Part shown: positions 8,785 to 19,301 of the stretch, piece after piece
How the letters are laid out: each line of letters begins with the position of its first letter
Numbering within the stretch: position 1 is the stretch's first letter
From: a virus
Virus record (IMG/VR): IMGVR_UViG_3300024999_000044
Location: 64,001 to 128,000 of that record
DNA length: 64,000 nt
Reading direction: 5' to 3' (one strand)
Translations under genes and position numbers: made by a program
The notes under the pieces: model-generated
Database searches by the model: none
What the model saw: the letters and a program-made list of their open reading frames with translations, nothing else
Told to the model about the DNA's origin: nothing

Positions 8785-11709
8785 TTGTTGATGAGGTTTT
8801 ACATAGATGTAGTAAAAGGGGAAGAAGGTAAGTCTATTGGACCACGTAGACTCCATAAAGAGAGATTAGTAAGAAGGATGGTTCAGGTAAAGGGGAAAAA
8901 TGGAGGGACTTACTCCCGCATGCAATGGGTAGACCCACGTGGAGATACGCCCTCACAAAAGCACTCTAGTACGGAATCAGATACTAAGGATGCCCATCCC
9001 CATGACAGTGACCTAAAAGACCAGGTGCACAAGCTAGTGAGTAAAATGAGCAAAGAGGAGAAATATCAGTGGTTAGACAAACATGGCATACAGTGGAAAA
9101 GGAATGATCATCCCAACACTGACCACATAGAGGCAGTAAAGGCTTTAAAAAAGTTTCTTAATGAAAACCCTCATCACCTTGATTTGGAGCACTTATCAAA
9201 AAGAGGTGGTAATGAATTAGACATAGAATCTGAGTCTGATAAACTCATGAATCCTGTTGACAAATTGATAAACAGAAAGTCTAAGCAAGAGAAGTGGGAT
9301 CTCATATCTAAATATGGAGTACAGTGGAAGGAAAACTCCAATGATAAAATAAACCAGATGCGTGCTTTCTCAGCACTGAAGCAATATTTAAAGGAAAATC
9401 TGGAATTAGCTGGGTTGTCTAAAGAAGATTTTGATAAGGCTAACGCCATGGGGGATGAAGTTGAAAGGGTAGGACAAATAGGGGAATTAGTGAAGAAAAT
9501 GAGCCCCAAATTAAAGTTAGGTCTTGCCAAGCAGTATAAGATAGAGCCTGAACCTACTGGGGACAGTAACATTGATAACATAAACCGCACTAAAGCTATT
9601 ACCAAGTTTTTAAGTGAGGATGCTAAAGAGCTAGAGTTCATTAAGAGTAAGCTAGAAAAACATGAATTAAAAAACATGAAGATTTCCGTCAAGGAAATGA
9701 TGGCTATAATACGAAGACTTGGTAAATTAACCCCTAGAGAGATAAAAGCTTCAAAAGAGGATAAAGAATGGACATTCAATGACGCATCTATGGCATCTAT
9801 TAATGAGGATGACAATGGTAATCCTGTTCTATCCATTATAGATGGGGAGCATGGTAAGTGGGAAGTTAAGGACATACTCCTAAAGGATGTTAAAATCTTT
9901 TTAGATGGTTTAGATGAAACTAAGGCTAAGGCTAAAGAAGCCCCTAAGTATGGTAAAGATGACATAGTGGGATTGTTGAAGACAATGTTTGATAAACCAC
10001 AAGTTAAGAAGATGGCAGAAGGATTATGGATCTTTAGATCTAAAGATGGATCCACGGGTCAAGTAGAAATAACCTCGGAGGGGGTTACCTTTAGTAGGAC
10101 TGATAAGGATTGGGAGCGTACCTGGGAACACGATGAGGTAGAAGAAGTCCTAGAGAGGTACCACAGACCCCTACATGAAAAGTCAGTGCATGATATAAAA
10201 GAAGCTCTGGAAGATGACCCTGAACTATATAAAGGTAGGGTTAAGAAGAGAATAGAGGATAGTGTACGAGACGATATATTTAAGCATGAGGGCACTTATG
10301 GAAGATATGACTCTACAACCCTATATGCGGATGCGACCTTCGGTACTGAGCTATTAAAAACAGTGGCAAAAGAACATGCTTTTTGGGACCCCAATACTGA
10401 AGATTTAGATATACGTTCTGATGAATTTAGTGAATTTATGTACAAATCACTAGTAGATCCTGAAAAATCTAAGAATGCTATGGATTATGTTGTCACTACT
10501 TTTGGGGAAGACAACCCATGGGTATTAAAGGAGTCTGCTAAGAACTGGGAACCCATAGAGCGCAGAAAAGCTAGAAAAGAGATGTGGTCTAGCCATGGTA
10601 GAGTATCCCTAATGTTTCCTAATGATGTCAGAGGACAAATATCCAAACATTTTAACATAGTTACGGGTCATCTACCTTTTGATATCATTACCGATACGCT
10701 AATAAAACATGGGTTATCAATTAAGGCTCCAACCTCTGATAAAGAGGATAGCCCTATATTCTCTTACGATTTTAACGATCATCAAATAACTTTACCTTAC
10801 ACTTGCACAGAAGATGCTGATTTCCTTGAAACCGAAGACCCCTATGAATTCCACCCCAGTGTATCTATAGATGGAAGGTCTTATAAGGATAGTAGCCTAG
10901 GATCAACTTTAACACATGAATTTGGTCATGCTATAGATCATTTCTTTGCTGGCGGAGGGTCTAATACCATGACTCATTGGCAGGGTAGTAAAGAGGCTAT
11001 GAAGTATTTAGGTAAACATAGTAATGCTTTGTTTGAATCTTATTCTAAGTCCTTAGGAGAGGCAACTGGGAATAGTGGTAGTGGGAGCCCCTGCTCCAAA
11101 AGAGGAAACTATTATGTTCATGAGGATAACTTTCTTTCCCCGTATGAGGGGAGAATATACGGCCCCACCAACAAAGAGACAGGTCTACCAGTTGGCCTTG
11201 TAGCTACAAGCTATTCTTCTAATAATGTCATTGATACCACTTTTAAGGGCGCAACAAAACCTCCCAAAGGTGTAATTTGGGGTTGCGAACACTGGTCAGA
11301 AAGTGTATCAAAATATTCCTCTGCTGCTCATCATTATTTTAAATATATGCAGGAGACTAAGGGACAAGAAGATTCTAAATCGTTCCCCCAGTGGTGCACA
11401 GAAGGATCTAAGAAATACCACGAAGTAAAGGTCAACTTTGACTCTAAGAATGAGTTGGAGAGTGCCCACCCAGATTTACACAGTGCATTCAGATACAAAC
11501 ACCTAGAGCAACACCACCCTATAATGGCAGATGCAATAGACCACTTATTAAATAGGGGAGATTTCCCTCCAAAACTAGGCGGTAACGAGGTACGTACTAG
11601 GTACACAACTAGAATAGGACCTAACAAAAAGGGGCAAGGCAGAAGGTCCAATGCGCCAACTATTATGCCTAAAACAGCCAAATCCTTAACTTTTTATGTA
11701 AGGAGCTAA
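8785..11709 (+). CDS. giant protein with HExxH zinc-metallopeptidase motif and internal sequence repeats (candidate internal/ejected virion protein)
   Basis: 974 aa; 'THEFGHAIDH'; two repeats of 'K(Y/W)..L.K(H/Y)G(I/V)QWK.N...'; N-terminal 'KNGGTYSRMQWVDPRG' motif shared with the 12094 ORF; immediately upstream of the portal. Confidence 0.6.
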   Translation: MLMRFYIDVVKGEEGKSIGPRRLHKERLVRRMVQVKGKNGGTYSRMQWVDPRGDTPSQKHSSTESDTKDAHPHDSDLKDQVHKLVSKMSKEEKYQWLDKHGIQWKRNDHPNTDHIEAVKALKKFLNENPHHLDLEHLSKRGGNELDIESESDKLMNPVDKLINRKSKQEKWDLISKYGVQWKENSNDKINQMRAFSALKQYLKENLELAGLSKEDFDKANAMGDEVERVGQIGELVKKMSPKLKLGLAKQYKIEPEPTGDSNIDNINRTKAITKFLSEDAKELEFIKSKLEKHELKNMKISVKEMMAIIRRLGKLTPREIKASKEDKEWTFNDASMASINEDDNGNPVLSIIDGEHGKWEVKDILLKDVKIFLDGLDETKAKAKEAPKYGKDDIVGLLKTMFDKPQVKKMAEGLWIFRSKDGSTGQVEITSEGVTFSRTDKDWERTWEHDEVEEVLERYHRPLHEKSVHDIKEALEDDPELYKGRVKKRIEDSVRDDIFKHEGTYGRYDSTTLYADATFGTELLKTVAKEHAFWDPNTEDLDIRSDEFSEFMYKSLVDPEKSKNAMDYVVTTFGEDNPWVLKESAKNWEPIERRKARKEMWSSHGRVSLMFPNDVRGQISKHFNIVTGHLPFDIITDTLIKHGLSIKAPTSDKEDSPIFSYDFNDHQITLPYTCTEDADFLETEDPYEFHPSVSIDGRSYKDSSLGSTLTHEFGHAIDHFFAGGGSNTMTHWQGSKEAMKYLGKHSNALFESYSKSLGEATGNSGSGSPCSKRGNYYVHEDNFLSPYEGRIYGPTNKETGLPVGLVATSYSSNNVIDTTFKGATKPPKGVIWGCEHWSESVSKYSSAAHHYFKYMQETKGQEDSKSFPQWCTEGSKKYHEVKVNFDSKNELESAHPDLHSAFRYKHLEQHHPIMADAIDHLLNRGDFPPKLGGNEVRTRYTTRIGPNKKGQGRRSNAPTIMPKTAKSLTFYVRS

Positions 11710-11713
11710 TAAT

Positions 11714-12082
11714 ATGAGGATCAAACTCAGTGGCATAAATGAGGAAACTGGTAAGGCTCAGAATGGTTATATATTTTACAATCCTGATACCTCAGAAGTA
11801 TTGATCACATATCCTGATGACATTGAGAGGAAGAGGTTGTATCGATACCTCACTACACCTCAGTTACTCACCCATGGCATACCCCTTGGACAGTCTGACT
11901 CTGATTTCATAGGCCATCACAAGAAGCCAGATACACCCTCAGACAGCACTGAACTATTGTTGCATGCTTTAAGTGACATGCAGGGGTGGATTTCCATAGC
12001 AGCGGATTGGAGAAATCCTGTGTATGATGATCATAGTACTTTAAAGTCTTTAAAAGGTGACACGATATACAAATTAATATAG
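11714..12082 (+). CDS. hypothetical protein
   Basis: 122-aa ORF, RBS aaggag upstream. Confidence 0.5.
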   Translation: MRIKLSGINEETGKAQNGYIFYNPDTSEVLITYPDDIERKRLYRYLTTPQLLTHGIPLGQSDSDFIGHHKKPDTPSDSTELLLHALSDMQGWISIAADWRNPVYDDHSTLKSLKGDTIYKLI

Positions 12083-12093
12083 GGGGTGACTTT

Positions 12094-12705
12094 ATGCCTT
12101 GCAATAAAAATAAGTTACTATTTCTAATACCATTAGATGACTTTATATTTAAGGCGGGAGGCGGTAGGGGAGGACTGATTCAGTCTATTGTAACCTATGT
12201 TCGTAATGGCCACACCATCACTAGAAAACAATGGGTAAGAAGTGAGTTTGAGAAGCATGCTAAAAAGGATGAGGAAGAAAAGCGCGAAACCATACTCCGT
12301 ATGAAAGAGCGTGAAAAGAATAAGAAGAAAAAGGATCTAACAGAGGCCCAGGAGATAGCTGATAGAAAGGGTGCTAGATCCGCTAAAAAGCTTCATCGTG
12401 AAGACAAAGAGCGTCAATCTAAAGGGCACCAATCGAAACCTAAGACTAGTATAGTGTCAGATAGCGAAAGAGAGAAACTGCGTAAGTTAAAAGAGCAGGA
12501 TCAAGAAAATAAGGTTTCTAGAGAGGAAGAAGAGTCTAAAAGGAAAAAGTTGCAAGATGATAATTCTAAAGAGCAGGAGCATCAAAAGGATAAGGAACTC
12601 AGGGATAAAAAGACTAATGACACTAAATCTAAAACTTCAGATAAGAAAAAGAAATCTAAGATAAGAACAGGTAAGCAGAAGGGGACAGAGCAGGCAATAG
12701 TATAA
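12094..12705 (+). CDS. highly charged K/E/R-rich low-complexity protein (possible DNA-associated internal protein)
   Basis: 203 aa; C-terminal 150 aa almost entirely K/E/R/D/S; N-terminal 'VRNGHTITRKQWVR' motif. Confidence 0.5.
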   Translation: MPCNKNKLLFLIPLDDFIFKAGGGRGGLIQSIVTYVRNGHTITRKQWVRSEFEKHAKKDEEEKRETILRMKEREKNKKKKDLTEAQEIADRKGARSAKKLHREDKERQSKGHQSKPKTSIVSDSEREKLRKLKEQDQENKVSREEEESKRKKLQDDNSKEQEHQKDKELRDKKTNDTKSKTSDKKKKSKIRTGKQKGTEQAIV

Positions 12706-12718
12706 TTGCTGTTAACAG

Positions 12719-12752
12719 GGGCATACATGTTATGGGTATGCCATTTCTGTGT
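12719..12752 (+). terminator. possible terminator hairpin
   Basis: ggcatac..gtatgcc stem, weak T-tract. Confidence 0.3.
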
Positions 12753-12822
12753 CTGCTTAGATTTTTAATGTATGTGTAGAACAATTTGTGATCCTTATAA
12801 TTTGTAGCAAGGAGGTACAGGT

Positions 12823-14388
12823 GTGGGAATTTTTAGTAACTTATCTAAGGCATTTTGGATTGGTAGCCCTTCAAAGGTAGACAACATTCCCATAGCTTCA
12901 GACGATATATCTAAATCTGAAAGGATACAAGAATCTAAGGCTGTAATTGAAGATCCGCTACGCCTAGTTAGCCAGTTGGGGTATAAAGATAGACCCAGTT
13001 CTATAACTTATGATACCTTAAAGAAGATGTCATCTAGAAACTCTGTGGTAGCATCCGTGATATTAACCCGTGTAAACCAAATATCCTCATTTTCCCAACC
13101 TGCCAGATTTACTAATGATGGGATCGGATTCCAAATCCGTCTAAGAGACCCTAAAAAGAGCCCTACAGAGCAACAAAGACAAGTCATGCTTGCCTTGGAA
13201 CTTTTTCTTGAAAAATGTGGGTTCTCCAATAATCCAGCTAGAGACTCCTTTGACTCATTTCTGCGTAAAGTGGTAAGAGACTCGCTAGTATACGATCAAG
13301 TTACTTTTGAGATAGTTCCAGATAGAATAGGTAGGCCAGCGGAATTTTATGCTGTAGATGCCTCCACTATACGTTCAGCCACTATGAAAAACGAAGAATC
13401 CGTTGTTGCGGGGGGACATGTAACTTTTACTGATATGGAGGATGATGGGTTTGGGTGGGTGCAGGTTGTAGACGGGGTGATTGTATCTAAGTTCACTCCT
13501 TTAGAGCTAGCTTTTGGTGTTAGAAATCCCCGCACTGATATTCTTATTCAACCCTACGGATTCTCTGAATTAGAGATGCTTATAAACCAAATAACCGCCC
13601 ACTTATGGGCTGAGGAGTATAACTCAAAGTTCTTCTCTCAAGGAGGTACTACGAAAGGTATTCTAAATCTCAAAGGGCAAGACATCACCAAGGAGCAGTT
13701 AGATGCTTTCCGTAGACAATGGACTGCTCAAGTATCCGGCATGATGGGTGCTTGGAAGACACCTGTAGTTTCAGTAGAAGGTCTGGAGTACATTAATGTC
13801 TCTCAGAGCAATAGAGAGATGGAATTCGAAATGTGGATGAATTACCTAATAAATATAGTGTCTGCTGTTTATCAGATAGATCCATCAGAAATCAACTTCC
13901 CAAATAGGGGGGGTTCTGGTGGGGGATCTTCAGGTATCATGGAAGGTGGTATGGAGTCTAGGCTAAAGAACTCTAAAGACAAAGGATTAAGACCACTATT
14001 AAGGTTCCTTGAAGCCACTATAAACCAGAACATTATATATAGATTCAGCCAGGAGTACACTTTTAACTTTGTAGGGTTGGATCAAGAAACAGAATCAGAA
14101 AAAGCGGAGCTAAATGAAAAGCTAGTTCGTACCCGTAAAACCATTAACGAGATACGTAAGGAAAATGATGATCCCCCAATAGAAGGTGGGGAGATTATAC
14201 TAGATCCCACATACACTAATTATCTACTGCAAAAACAGCAAGCAGAACAAATGCAGCAGCAGCAAGAAGACCCCAATGCCCCTCCAGTAGATGGAGAAGA
14301 GCAAGAAGAGATTAGTCCGGAAGAACAACAAGAACAGGAGGAAACCAAACAGATTGAAGATAGCATAGGACAAAACTACGAAGGGTAA
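12823..14388 (+). CDS. portal protein
   Basis: 521 aa; position immediately upstream of the prohead protease, scaffold and capsid genes; acidic Q/E-rich C-terminal tail typical of portals; GTG start after aaggaggt. Confidence 0.65.
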   Translation: MGIFSNLSKAFWIGSPSKVDNIPIASDDISKSERIQESKAVIEDPLRLVSQLGYKDRPSSITYDTLKKMSSRNSVVASVILTRVNQISSFSQPARFTNDGIGFQIRLRDPKKSPTEQQRQVMLALELFLEKCGFSNNPARDSFDSFLRKVVRDSLVYDQVTFEIVPDRIGRPAEFYAVDASTIRSATMKNEESVVAGGHVTFTDMEDDGFGWVQVVDGVIVSKFTPLELAFGVRNPRTDILIQPYGFSELEMLINQITAHLWAEEYNSKFFSQGGTTKGILNLKGQDITKEQLDAFRRQWTAQVSGMMGAWKTPVVSVEGLEYINVSQSNREMEFEMWMNYLINIVSAVYQIDPSEINFPNRGGSGGGSSGIMEGGMESRLKNSKDKGLRPLLRFLEATINQNIIYRFSQEYTFNFVGLDQETESEKAELNEKLVRTRKTINEIRKENDDPPIEGGEIILDPTYTNYLLQKQQAEQMQQQQEDPNAPPVDGEEQEEISPEEQQEQEETKQIEDSIGQNYEG

Positions 14389-14432
14389 TAACGTATTTGT
14401 AGATTTAACTAAACCTAAATATTTTATGTGTA

Positions 14433-15197
14433 ATGGAGGTGAATATCTTGTATGACGATATGTTTAGATTCCACCTAGATGCAGATGTAGAGAAGTCAAG
14501 TGAACACGGAGAAGAAATACGTCTTATCAAAGGATATGCCTCTACTCCTGAGGAGGATAGACAAGGTGAGACTATGATGCATAAAGGATTGGATATTACT
14601 AATTTTTTGAACCATGGATTTTTTAACTACGATCATGATAATAGCCAGATATTGGGATACCCACTACCACCAACGCGTGTAGATGAGATAGGCATGTATG
14701 TGGAAGGAACCCTGTTAAAAGGGGTTGAGATGGCAGACCGCATGTGGAATTTAGCCCTCTCCCTAAGAAAATCCAGGGCACCTAGAAATGTAGGGTTCTC
14801 TGTAGAAGGGAAGATTATACAAAGGGAAGGTACTAGAATCTTAAAAGCTAAAATATACAATGTAGCTATAACCACTAATCCAGTTAACACTAACTGTACT
14901 TGGGATGCTATAGTGAAATCTTTTCAAGGTGACTATAATCTTGATAAGTCCCTAGATGCAGGGCATGCAATCAACCCCTTAGAAATGGATGGTGGTAGTG
15001 TCTTTCGTGAGGAAGACTTAGAGAAACAACTTCATAATTTATCATATGTGATAGGTGATGAGGCAAACAAGAAAATTCTTAAACAGAAGCTCTCAACTAA
15101 AAAGTCCTTTACAAAATCCGAGCTGGTGCTATACCTCCAGCTAACTAAAGGTTGGTCTTACGGCAAGTGTATGAACTTTGCTAACACTATTAACTAG
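14433..15197 (+). CDS. prohead maturation protease (HK97/U35-like)
   Basis: 'IKGYASTPEEDRQGETM' motif and gene order portal-protease-scaffold-capsid. Confidence 0.65.
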   Translation: MEVNILYDDMFRFHLDADVEKSSEHGEEIRLIKGYASTPEEDRQGETMMHKGLDITNFLNHGFFNYDHDNSQILGYPLPPTRVDEIGMYVEGTLLKGVEMADRMWNLALSLRKSRAPRNVGFSVEGKIIQREGTRILKAKIYNVAITTNPVNTNCTWDAIVKSFQGDYNLDKSLDAGHAINPLEMDGGSVFREEDLEKQLHNLSYVIGDEANKKILKQKLSTKKSFTKSELVLYLQLTKGWSYGKCMNFANTIN

Positions 15198-15210
15198 GAG
15201 GTGCACCCCT

Positions 15211-15945
15211 GTGGCTAAATTGGATGACATCATTGCTAAGTCCCTAGAAGACTTAGATCAACTGGCTAGTGAGGCCGGTACTAATCTTATTGTAAAAGCT
15301 GAACCGCAGCCTAATGAAATCTCAGATAATGCTCCCGACGAAGAGGAGGAAGACTCTGAAACTCCTACTGAAGAAGCTGAGGAGGGACAAGAGGGTGAAG
15401 AGGACGAGATGGACGAAGACGAGCCAGGGGAGGATGCGGAGAAATCGCTAGAAGATGAGCTCACCTCGGATGATAGTGTCCGTAAAGCCTTAGAGGTTAG
15501 TGAGTTCCTAGCAGGATTGATTAAGGGACTCTCTGCTGTATTGGATGGTCAGAAGGATTCTCTTAATAAATCCTTAGAAGCCTCTACACAAAGCTCAGAA
15601 ATACTGGCCAAATCCTTCCAAGGTATTCTCAAGTCACAACGTGCTGTACTAGAAACTCAATCTGAGTTATCAAAGTCCATTCGTAGACTCAGTAAACGTA
15701 TGGAAACTATTGAGTCCCAACCACAAGCACGAAAATCTGTAACCAGTGTGGTCGAAAAATCTTTTAAGGCTAGCATAGGAGATAATGCTCCAGCCACGCT
15801 TAGTAAATCAGAAGTTCTAGCCAAACTTACTCTCGCCCATGGGGCAGGTAATCATGCTTTACTGAATGACATCTTGTCATATGAATCAATGGGTGACATG
15901 AGGGTACTATCTCCCGAGGCCATGGCTATCGTAACTGGCAAATAA
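15211..15945 (+). CDS. scaffolding protein
   Basis: Very acidic E/D-rich N-terminus, predicted coiled coil, located between protease and capsid; start moved to GTG after taggaggtg (track start 15178). Confidence 0.55.
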   Translation: MAKLDDIIAKSLEDLDQLASEAGTNLIVKAEPQPNEISDNAPDEEEEDSETPTEEAEEGQEGEEDEMDEDEPGEDAEKSLEDELTSDDSVRKALEVSEFLAGLIKGLSAVLDGQKDSLNKSLEASTQSSEILAKSFQGILKSQRAVLETQSELSKSIRRLSKRMETIESQPQARKSVTSVVEKSFKASIGDNAPATLSKSEVLAKLTLAHGAGNHALLNDILSYESMGDMRVLSPEAMAIVTGK

Positions 15946-15965
15946 AATATTTGGAGGTGTAATAA

Positions 15966-17384
15966 ATGGTAGGTTTGAGCGATTATCAGAATGGAATTAA
16001 TGGCTTTGGTATGGCATCTCAATCAGATGTGGATGCACTTAATAAGGCTTTAACTGCCGGGTACGAGGTAAATCCCCTATCTCTGACAGGTGGGGGAGCT
16101 TTCCGGGTGGAGTCCTTAGAAAATAGCCTAAAAGTCCTCACATATAGTGATCAACATATCAAAATGTGGAAGAAAATTCCTAAAACACCAGCATATTCTA
16201 CTGTGGAACAATACGGTCAACAATTGGACTATGGGCGTGAAGGTGGGGGATTCGTTGGTGAAGGTGGTTTGCCCGACTCCAATGATAGCACCTACGTACG
16301 TAAAGCTGCATTCGTCAAGTTCATGGGTACGACCCGTGAAGTCAGCCACCCGATGACACTTGTAAACAGTGCGTTCGGTAATGTAGTTGCTAAACAAAAT
16401 CAAGATGGTATCTTGTGGCTCTTGAAGAAGGTGGAACAATCCTTATTCTGGGGTAACTCCAAATTGGCACCTGGAGGTAACGAGGGTCTTGAGTGGGATG
16501 GCTTAGTCAACATGATTGATTCTGGCAACGTAATCGACCTTGCTGGGCAATACCTGGAGGAGAAACACATTAACTGGGGAGCTCAAATGCTCATTCAGAA
16601 CTTTGGTACTCCTTCTGATCTATACTTACCCTTTGAGGTAATGGCCCAATTCAGCGAGGCATTTTTCCCTAAAGAACGTGTATTGATGCCCACTAATACC
16701 GGCTATCAAGCAGGTGTAATGGTTAACAAGTTCATGACTCATGGTGGGGAAGTGGAGTTTAATCCTAATATCTTCTTAACTAAAACTCGCCCCATCAACT
16801 CCAATGCTACCAGTCTTAAATCCCCTGCTGTGGGCAGCATCGCTAGTGCTATAGTTGCATTGGCCACAGACGGAAGATTTGGCACCACTGGTGCGGGCAC
16901 ATACAAATACGCAGTAACTTTTTGCAATTCCCATGGTGATTCCATCCCTAGTAATGTTGAGTCTGTTGTGCTTGCTGGTGGGGATCTTGTTAAGAATGTT
17001 ACCATCACTGCCACCAATCCGGCATCCACGGCATTCCCTATTGAATTTATGAAGGTATACCGCAGTGAAAAAGATGGAACTGTCCTTTATGAGATTGCCA
17101 AACTTGCCGTTACTAGCTCTGCTGGTGGGGCTGTGACCGTCTTCACCGATAAGAACTCTATTCTTCCTAACACCTATTCAGCCTTTATGGGCGAGATGAG
17201 TCCTGAAGTCATTGCTTTTAAACAACTCGCCCCTATGATGAAAATGGATCTAGCAACACTGGGACCAGTGATACGCTGGATGGTGCTTATGTATGGAGTT
17301 CCCATCTTGTATGCCCCCAAGAAATGGATGCGTTATGTAAATATCAAAGCTGATGTCCCCAGCTTCCTAGGGTCGGGCATGTAA
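15966..17384 (+). CDS. major capsid protein (HK97 fold expected)
   Basis: 472 aa directly after the scaffold; followed by a hairpin; typical position and size. Confidence 0.65.
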   Translation: MVGLSDYQNGINGFGMASQSDVDALNKALTAGYEVNPLSLTGGGAFRVESLENSLKVLTYSDQHIKMWKKIPKTPAYSTVEQYGQQLDYGREGGGFVGEGGLPDSNDSTYVRKAAFVKFMGTTREVSHPMTLVNSAFGNVVAKQNQDGILWLLKKVEQSLFWGNSKLAPGGNEGLEWDGLVNMIDSGNVIDLAGQYLEEKHINWGAQMLIQNFGTPSDLYLPFEVMAQFSEAFFPKERVLMPTNTGYQAGVMVNKFMTHGGEVEFNPNIFLTKTRPINSNATSLKSPAVGSIASAIVALATDGRFGTTGAGTYKYAVTFCNSHGDSIPSNVESVVLAGGDLVKNVTITATNPASTAFPIEFMKVYRSEKDGTVLYEIAKLAVTSSAGGAVTVFTDKNSILPNTYSAFMGEMSPEVIAFKQLAPMMKMDLATLGPVIRWMVLMYGVPILYAPKKWMRYVNIKADVPSFLGSGM

Positions 17385-17408
17385 TCTAATATGTGATACT
17401 ACCTTAAT

Positions 17409-17446
17409 GGGGTGTAGGGATTAAACCTTACGCCCCATATTTTATA
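17409..17446 (+). terminator. imperfect hairpin plus T-tract after the capsid gene
   Basis: ggggtgtaggg...ccttacgcccc followed by atattttata. Confidence 0.35.
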
Positions 17447-17461
17447 CAAGGGGGAATAAAT

Positions 17462-17800
17462 TTGTCTAAAGTACTAAACATTGGATTTGCTGGTAAAGAA
17501 GTAACATTTTCATGTGGATCAATAAGTTTTGATGAAAATGGCGTGGGTGAAATTACCGATGAAGAGATTTATAAGGGTGTTATTAAATTGCCTAACTTCA
17601 CACCTGTTGTAGAACCTGTTGTAGAACCTGTTGTAGAACCTGTTGTAGAACCTGTTGTAGAACCTGTTGTAGAACCTGTTGTAGAACCTGTTGTAGAACC
17701 TGTCACCCTCACTGCTACAGAACCTACAACAGCAAAACAAGTTACAGAGCAGGTAAAAGCGAAGCTTGTTGCCCACGCTTCCATCAAGACTAAAAGATAG
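17462..17800 (+). CDS. small protein with PVVE tandem repeats (possible head decoration/fibre protein)
   Basis: 112 aa; 8 perfect copies of PVVE encoded by a 12-bp DNA tandem repeat. Confidence 0.5.
   Translation: MSKVLNIGFAGKEVTFSCGSISFDENGVGEITDEEIYKGVIKLPNFTPVVEPVVEPVVEPVVEPVVEPVVEPVVEPVVEPVTLTATEPTTAKQVTEQVKAKLVAHASIKTKR
17603..17710 (+). repeat. 12-bp tandem repeat cctgttgtagaa x8 plus one degenerate unit, in-frame (PVVE)n
   Basis: read directly in sequence. Confidence 0.95.
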
Positions 17801-17811
17801 GAGGGGGAGCC

Positions 17812-18555
17812 ATGGGTATATCCTTTTCAGAGATCAACTCTCAGTTCTTAATAGACAACTATTTATTTGGCATACCTCTGGAAGATATTTATGGAAATCA
17901 GATGAGTGCAGGATTACTAGATCACTACTTAAAAGCAGCGGTTCAATACGCTCAACGCATGTTCCAAATTACTATTGAACCCATAGAAGTAGACGATGAA
18001 CTGCATGATTATTATGCAAGTGACTACCTAAGTTGGTCTTATCTCCAGTTGTATAAAAGACCAGTCATGGAAGTGCATAGCCTCGGGATGTTTTTTGGTG
18101 AGCAACAGATGATAACCTTCCCCCATGACTGGATAAGAGTTAATGGCAAATCTGGGCAAATACAGCTTTTTCCTACCTCTGGGACCGCAGGTTCCATGAT
18201 TGTATCTGCTGGGGGTAATTTTCTTCCTTTAATGATGGGGTCATTCAGCTATGCTCCACAAATCATACACGCCTCCTATAGAGCTGGCATGGAAGAAATA
18301 CCCGATGACCTAGTAGAGTATATAATGAAGAGAGCATCCATAGGTATACTCCAAGTGTGGGGGGACCTTATTATCGGAGCTGGAATAGCAAACCAAACTA
18401 TCAGCATAGATGGTCTGTCACAGTCTATTGGGACTACCCAATCCCCAGAGTTTTCAGGTGCGGGTGCCCGTATTAAGAATTATACTGATGATATGAAAAT
18501 CCTTGAAAAGATGCTTAAGAATACTTATTTGGGTATAAACATGGTTGTTATTTAG
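17812..18555 (+). CDS. virion structural protein (head completion/neck region), function unknown
   Basis: 247-aa ORF with RBS ggagggggag, between capsid and sheath. Confidence 0.45.
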   Translation: MGISFSEINSQFLIDNYLFGIPLEDIYGNQMSAGLLDHYLKAAVQYAQRMFQITIEPIEVDDELHDYYASDYLSWSYLQLYKRPVMEVHSLGMFFGEQQMITFPHDWIRVNGKSGQIQLFPTSGTAGSMIVSAGGNFLPLMMGSFSYAPQIIHASYRAGMEEIPDDLVEYIMKRASIGILQVWGDLIIGAGIANQTISIDGLSQSIGTTQSPEFSGAGARIKNYTDDMKILEKMLKNTYLGINMVVI

Positions 18556-18566
18556 GGGGTGAGAAC

Positions 18567-19301
18567 ATGCCTGAAACTCCAATTGATATGACGAATATCA
18601 TATTTGAAACTGAGAACATTCATGCTGGTGGTCCTAGAGTAGACCTAAAGCCTGAGCAATTTGATCTCCTCATACATCAGAAGGGGTATAGGGTTACCTG
18701 GGAACAGGCTATGTTCTGCTCATGTTACTCGACTTCTGGTCAACCTAATTATGAGTGCGATACTTGCCATGGTTTGGGATATGTGTACTTTAATCCAGTT
18801 GAAACTAGAATAGCGGTAGCCAGCATAGCTGGAAATAAGCAGCAAGACAGGATAGGACTAAATGACGTTGGGTACGCTTATGCTACTACAAAAACCTCAG
18901 ATCTAGTGGGATTCAGAGATAGATTCACCTTTACTGATTTCACTACGAGATTCTCTGAAGTGGTAGAGCGTCAACCTGTCGGGATACCTGATATCTTGAG
19001 GTATCCGGTTACCTCCATTAATTGTGTTCGTCAGTTAGACATGATTTTTACTATTGAAGAGGATTTTATAGTGGACCCTAACAGCCCAAGACAATTGTTG
19101 TGGTTAACAGAGTCCATTGTTCCAGGTGACAACTATTCAATTCTATACATCACTAAGCCAGTGTACATTGTGATAAACATAGAGCATGAGATTAGAGGTA
19201 GCTGGGTGGTGTCTCATGCACTGGGTGGTGAGAAATTTGTAGCCTTACCTAAGAAATATCAGTTGAAGCGGGAGGACTTCCTACATGAGTCAACAAGATA
19301 A
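18567..19301 (+). CDS. virion structural protein (neck/connector region), function unknown
   Basis: 244-aa ORF, RBS gggggtgag; synteny. Confidence 0.45.
   Translation: MPETPIDMTNIIFETENIHAGGPRVDLKPEQFDLLIHQKGYRVTWEQAMFCSCYSTSGQPNYECDTCHGLGYVYFNPVETRIAVASIAGNKQQDRIGLNDVGYAYATTKTSDLVGFRDRFTFTDFTTRFSEVVERQPVGIPDILRYPVTSINCVRQLDMIFTIEEDFIVDPNSPRQLLWLTESIVPGDNYSILYITKPVYIVINIEHEIRGSWVVSHALGGEKFVALPKKYQLKREDFLHESTR

Noticed and set aside
9174-10055. 293-aa ORF on the minus strand inside the giant HExxH gene (also 10059-10295, 11334-11681)
   Set aside because: Ser/Leu-rich low-complexity translation of the antisense strand of a long, confidently coding + strand gene, with no RBS. It is a typical shadow ORF.
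17603-17710. Possible CRISPR array
   Set aside because: Units are 12 bp, contiguous with no spacers, and lie in-frame within a protein-coding gene. It is not a CRISPR array.
17519-17787. Repeat-containing ORFs on the minus strand (FYNR repeats / GSTT repeats)
   Set aside because: These are the other reading frames of the PVVE 12-bp tandem repeat. The + strand ORF has the RBS and lies in the structural operon.
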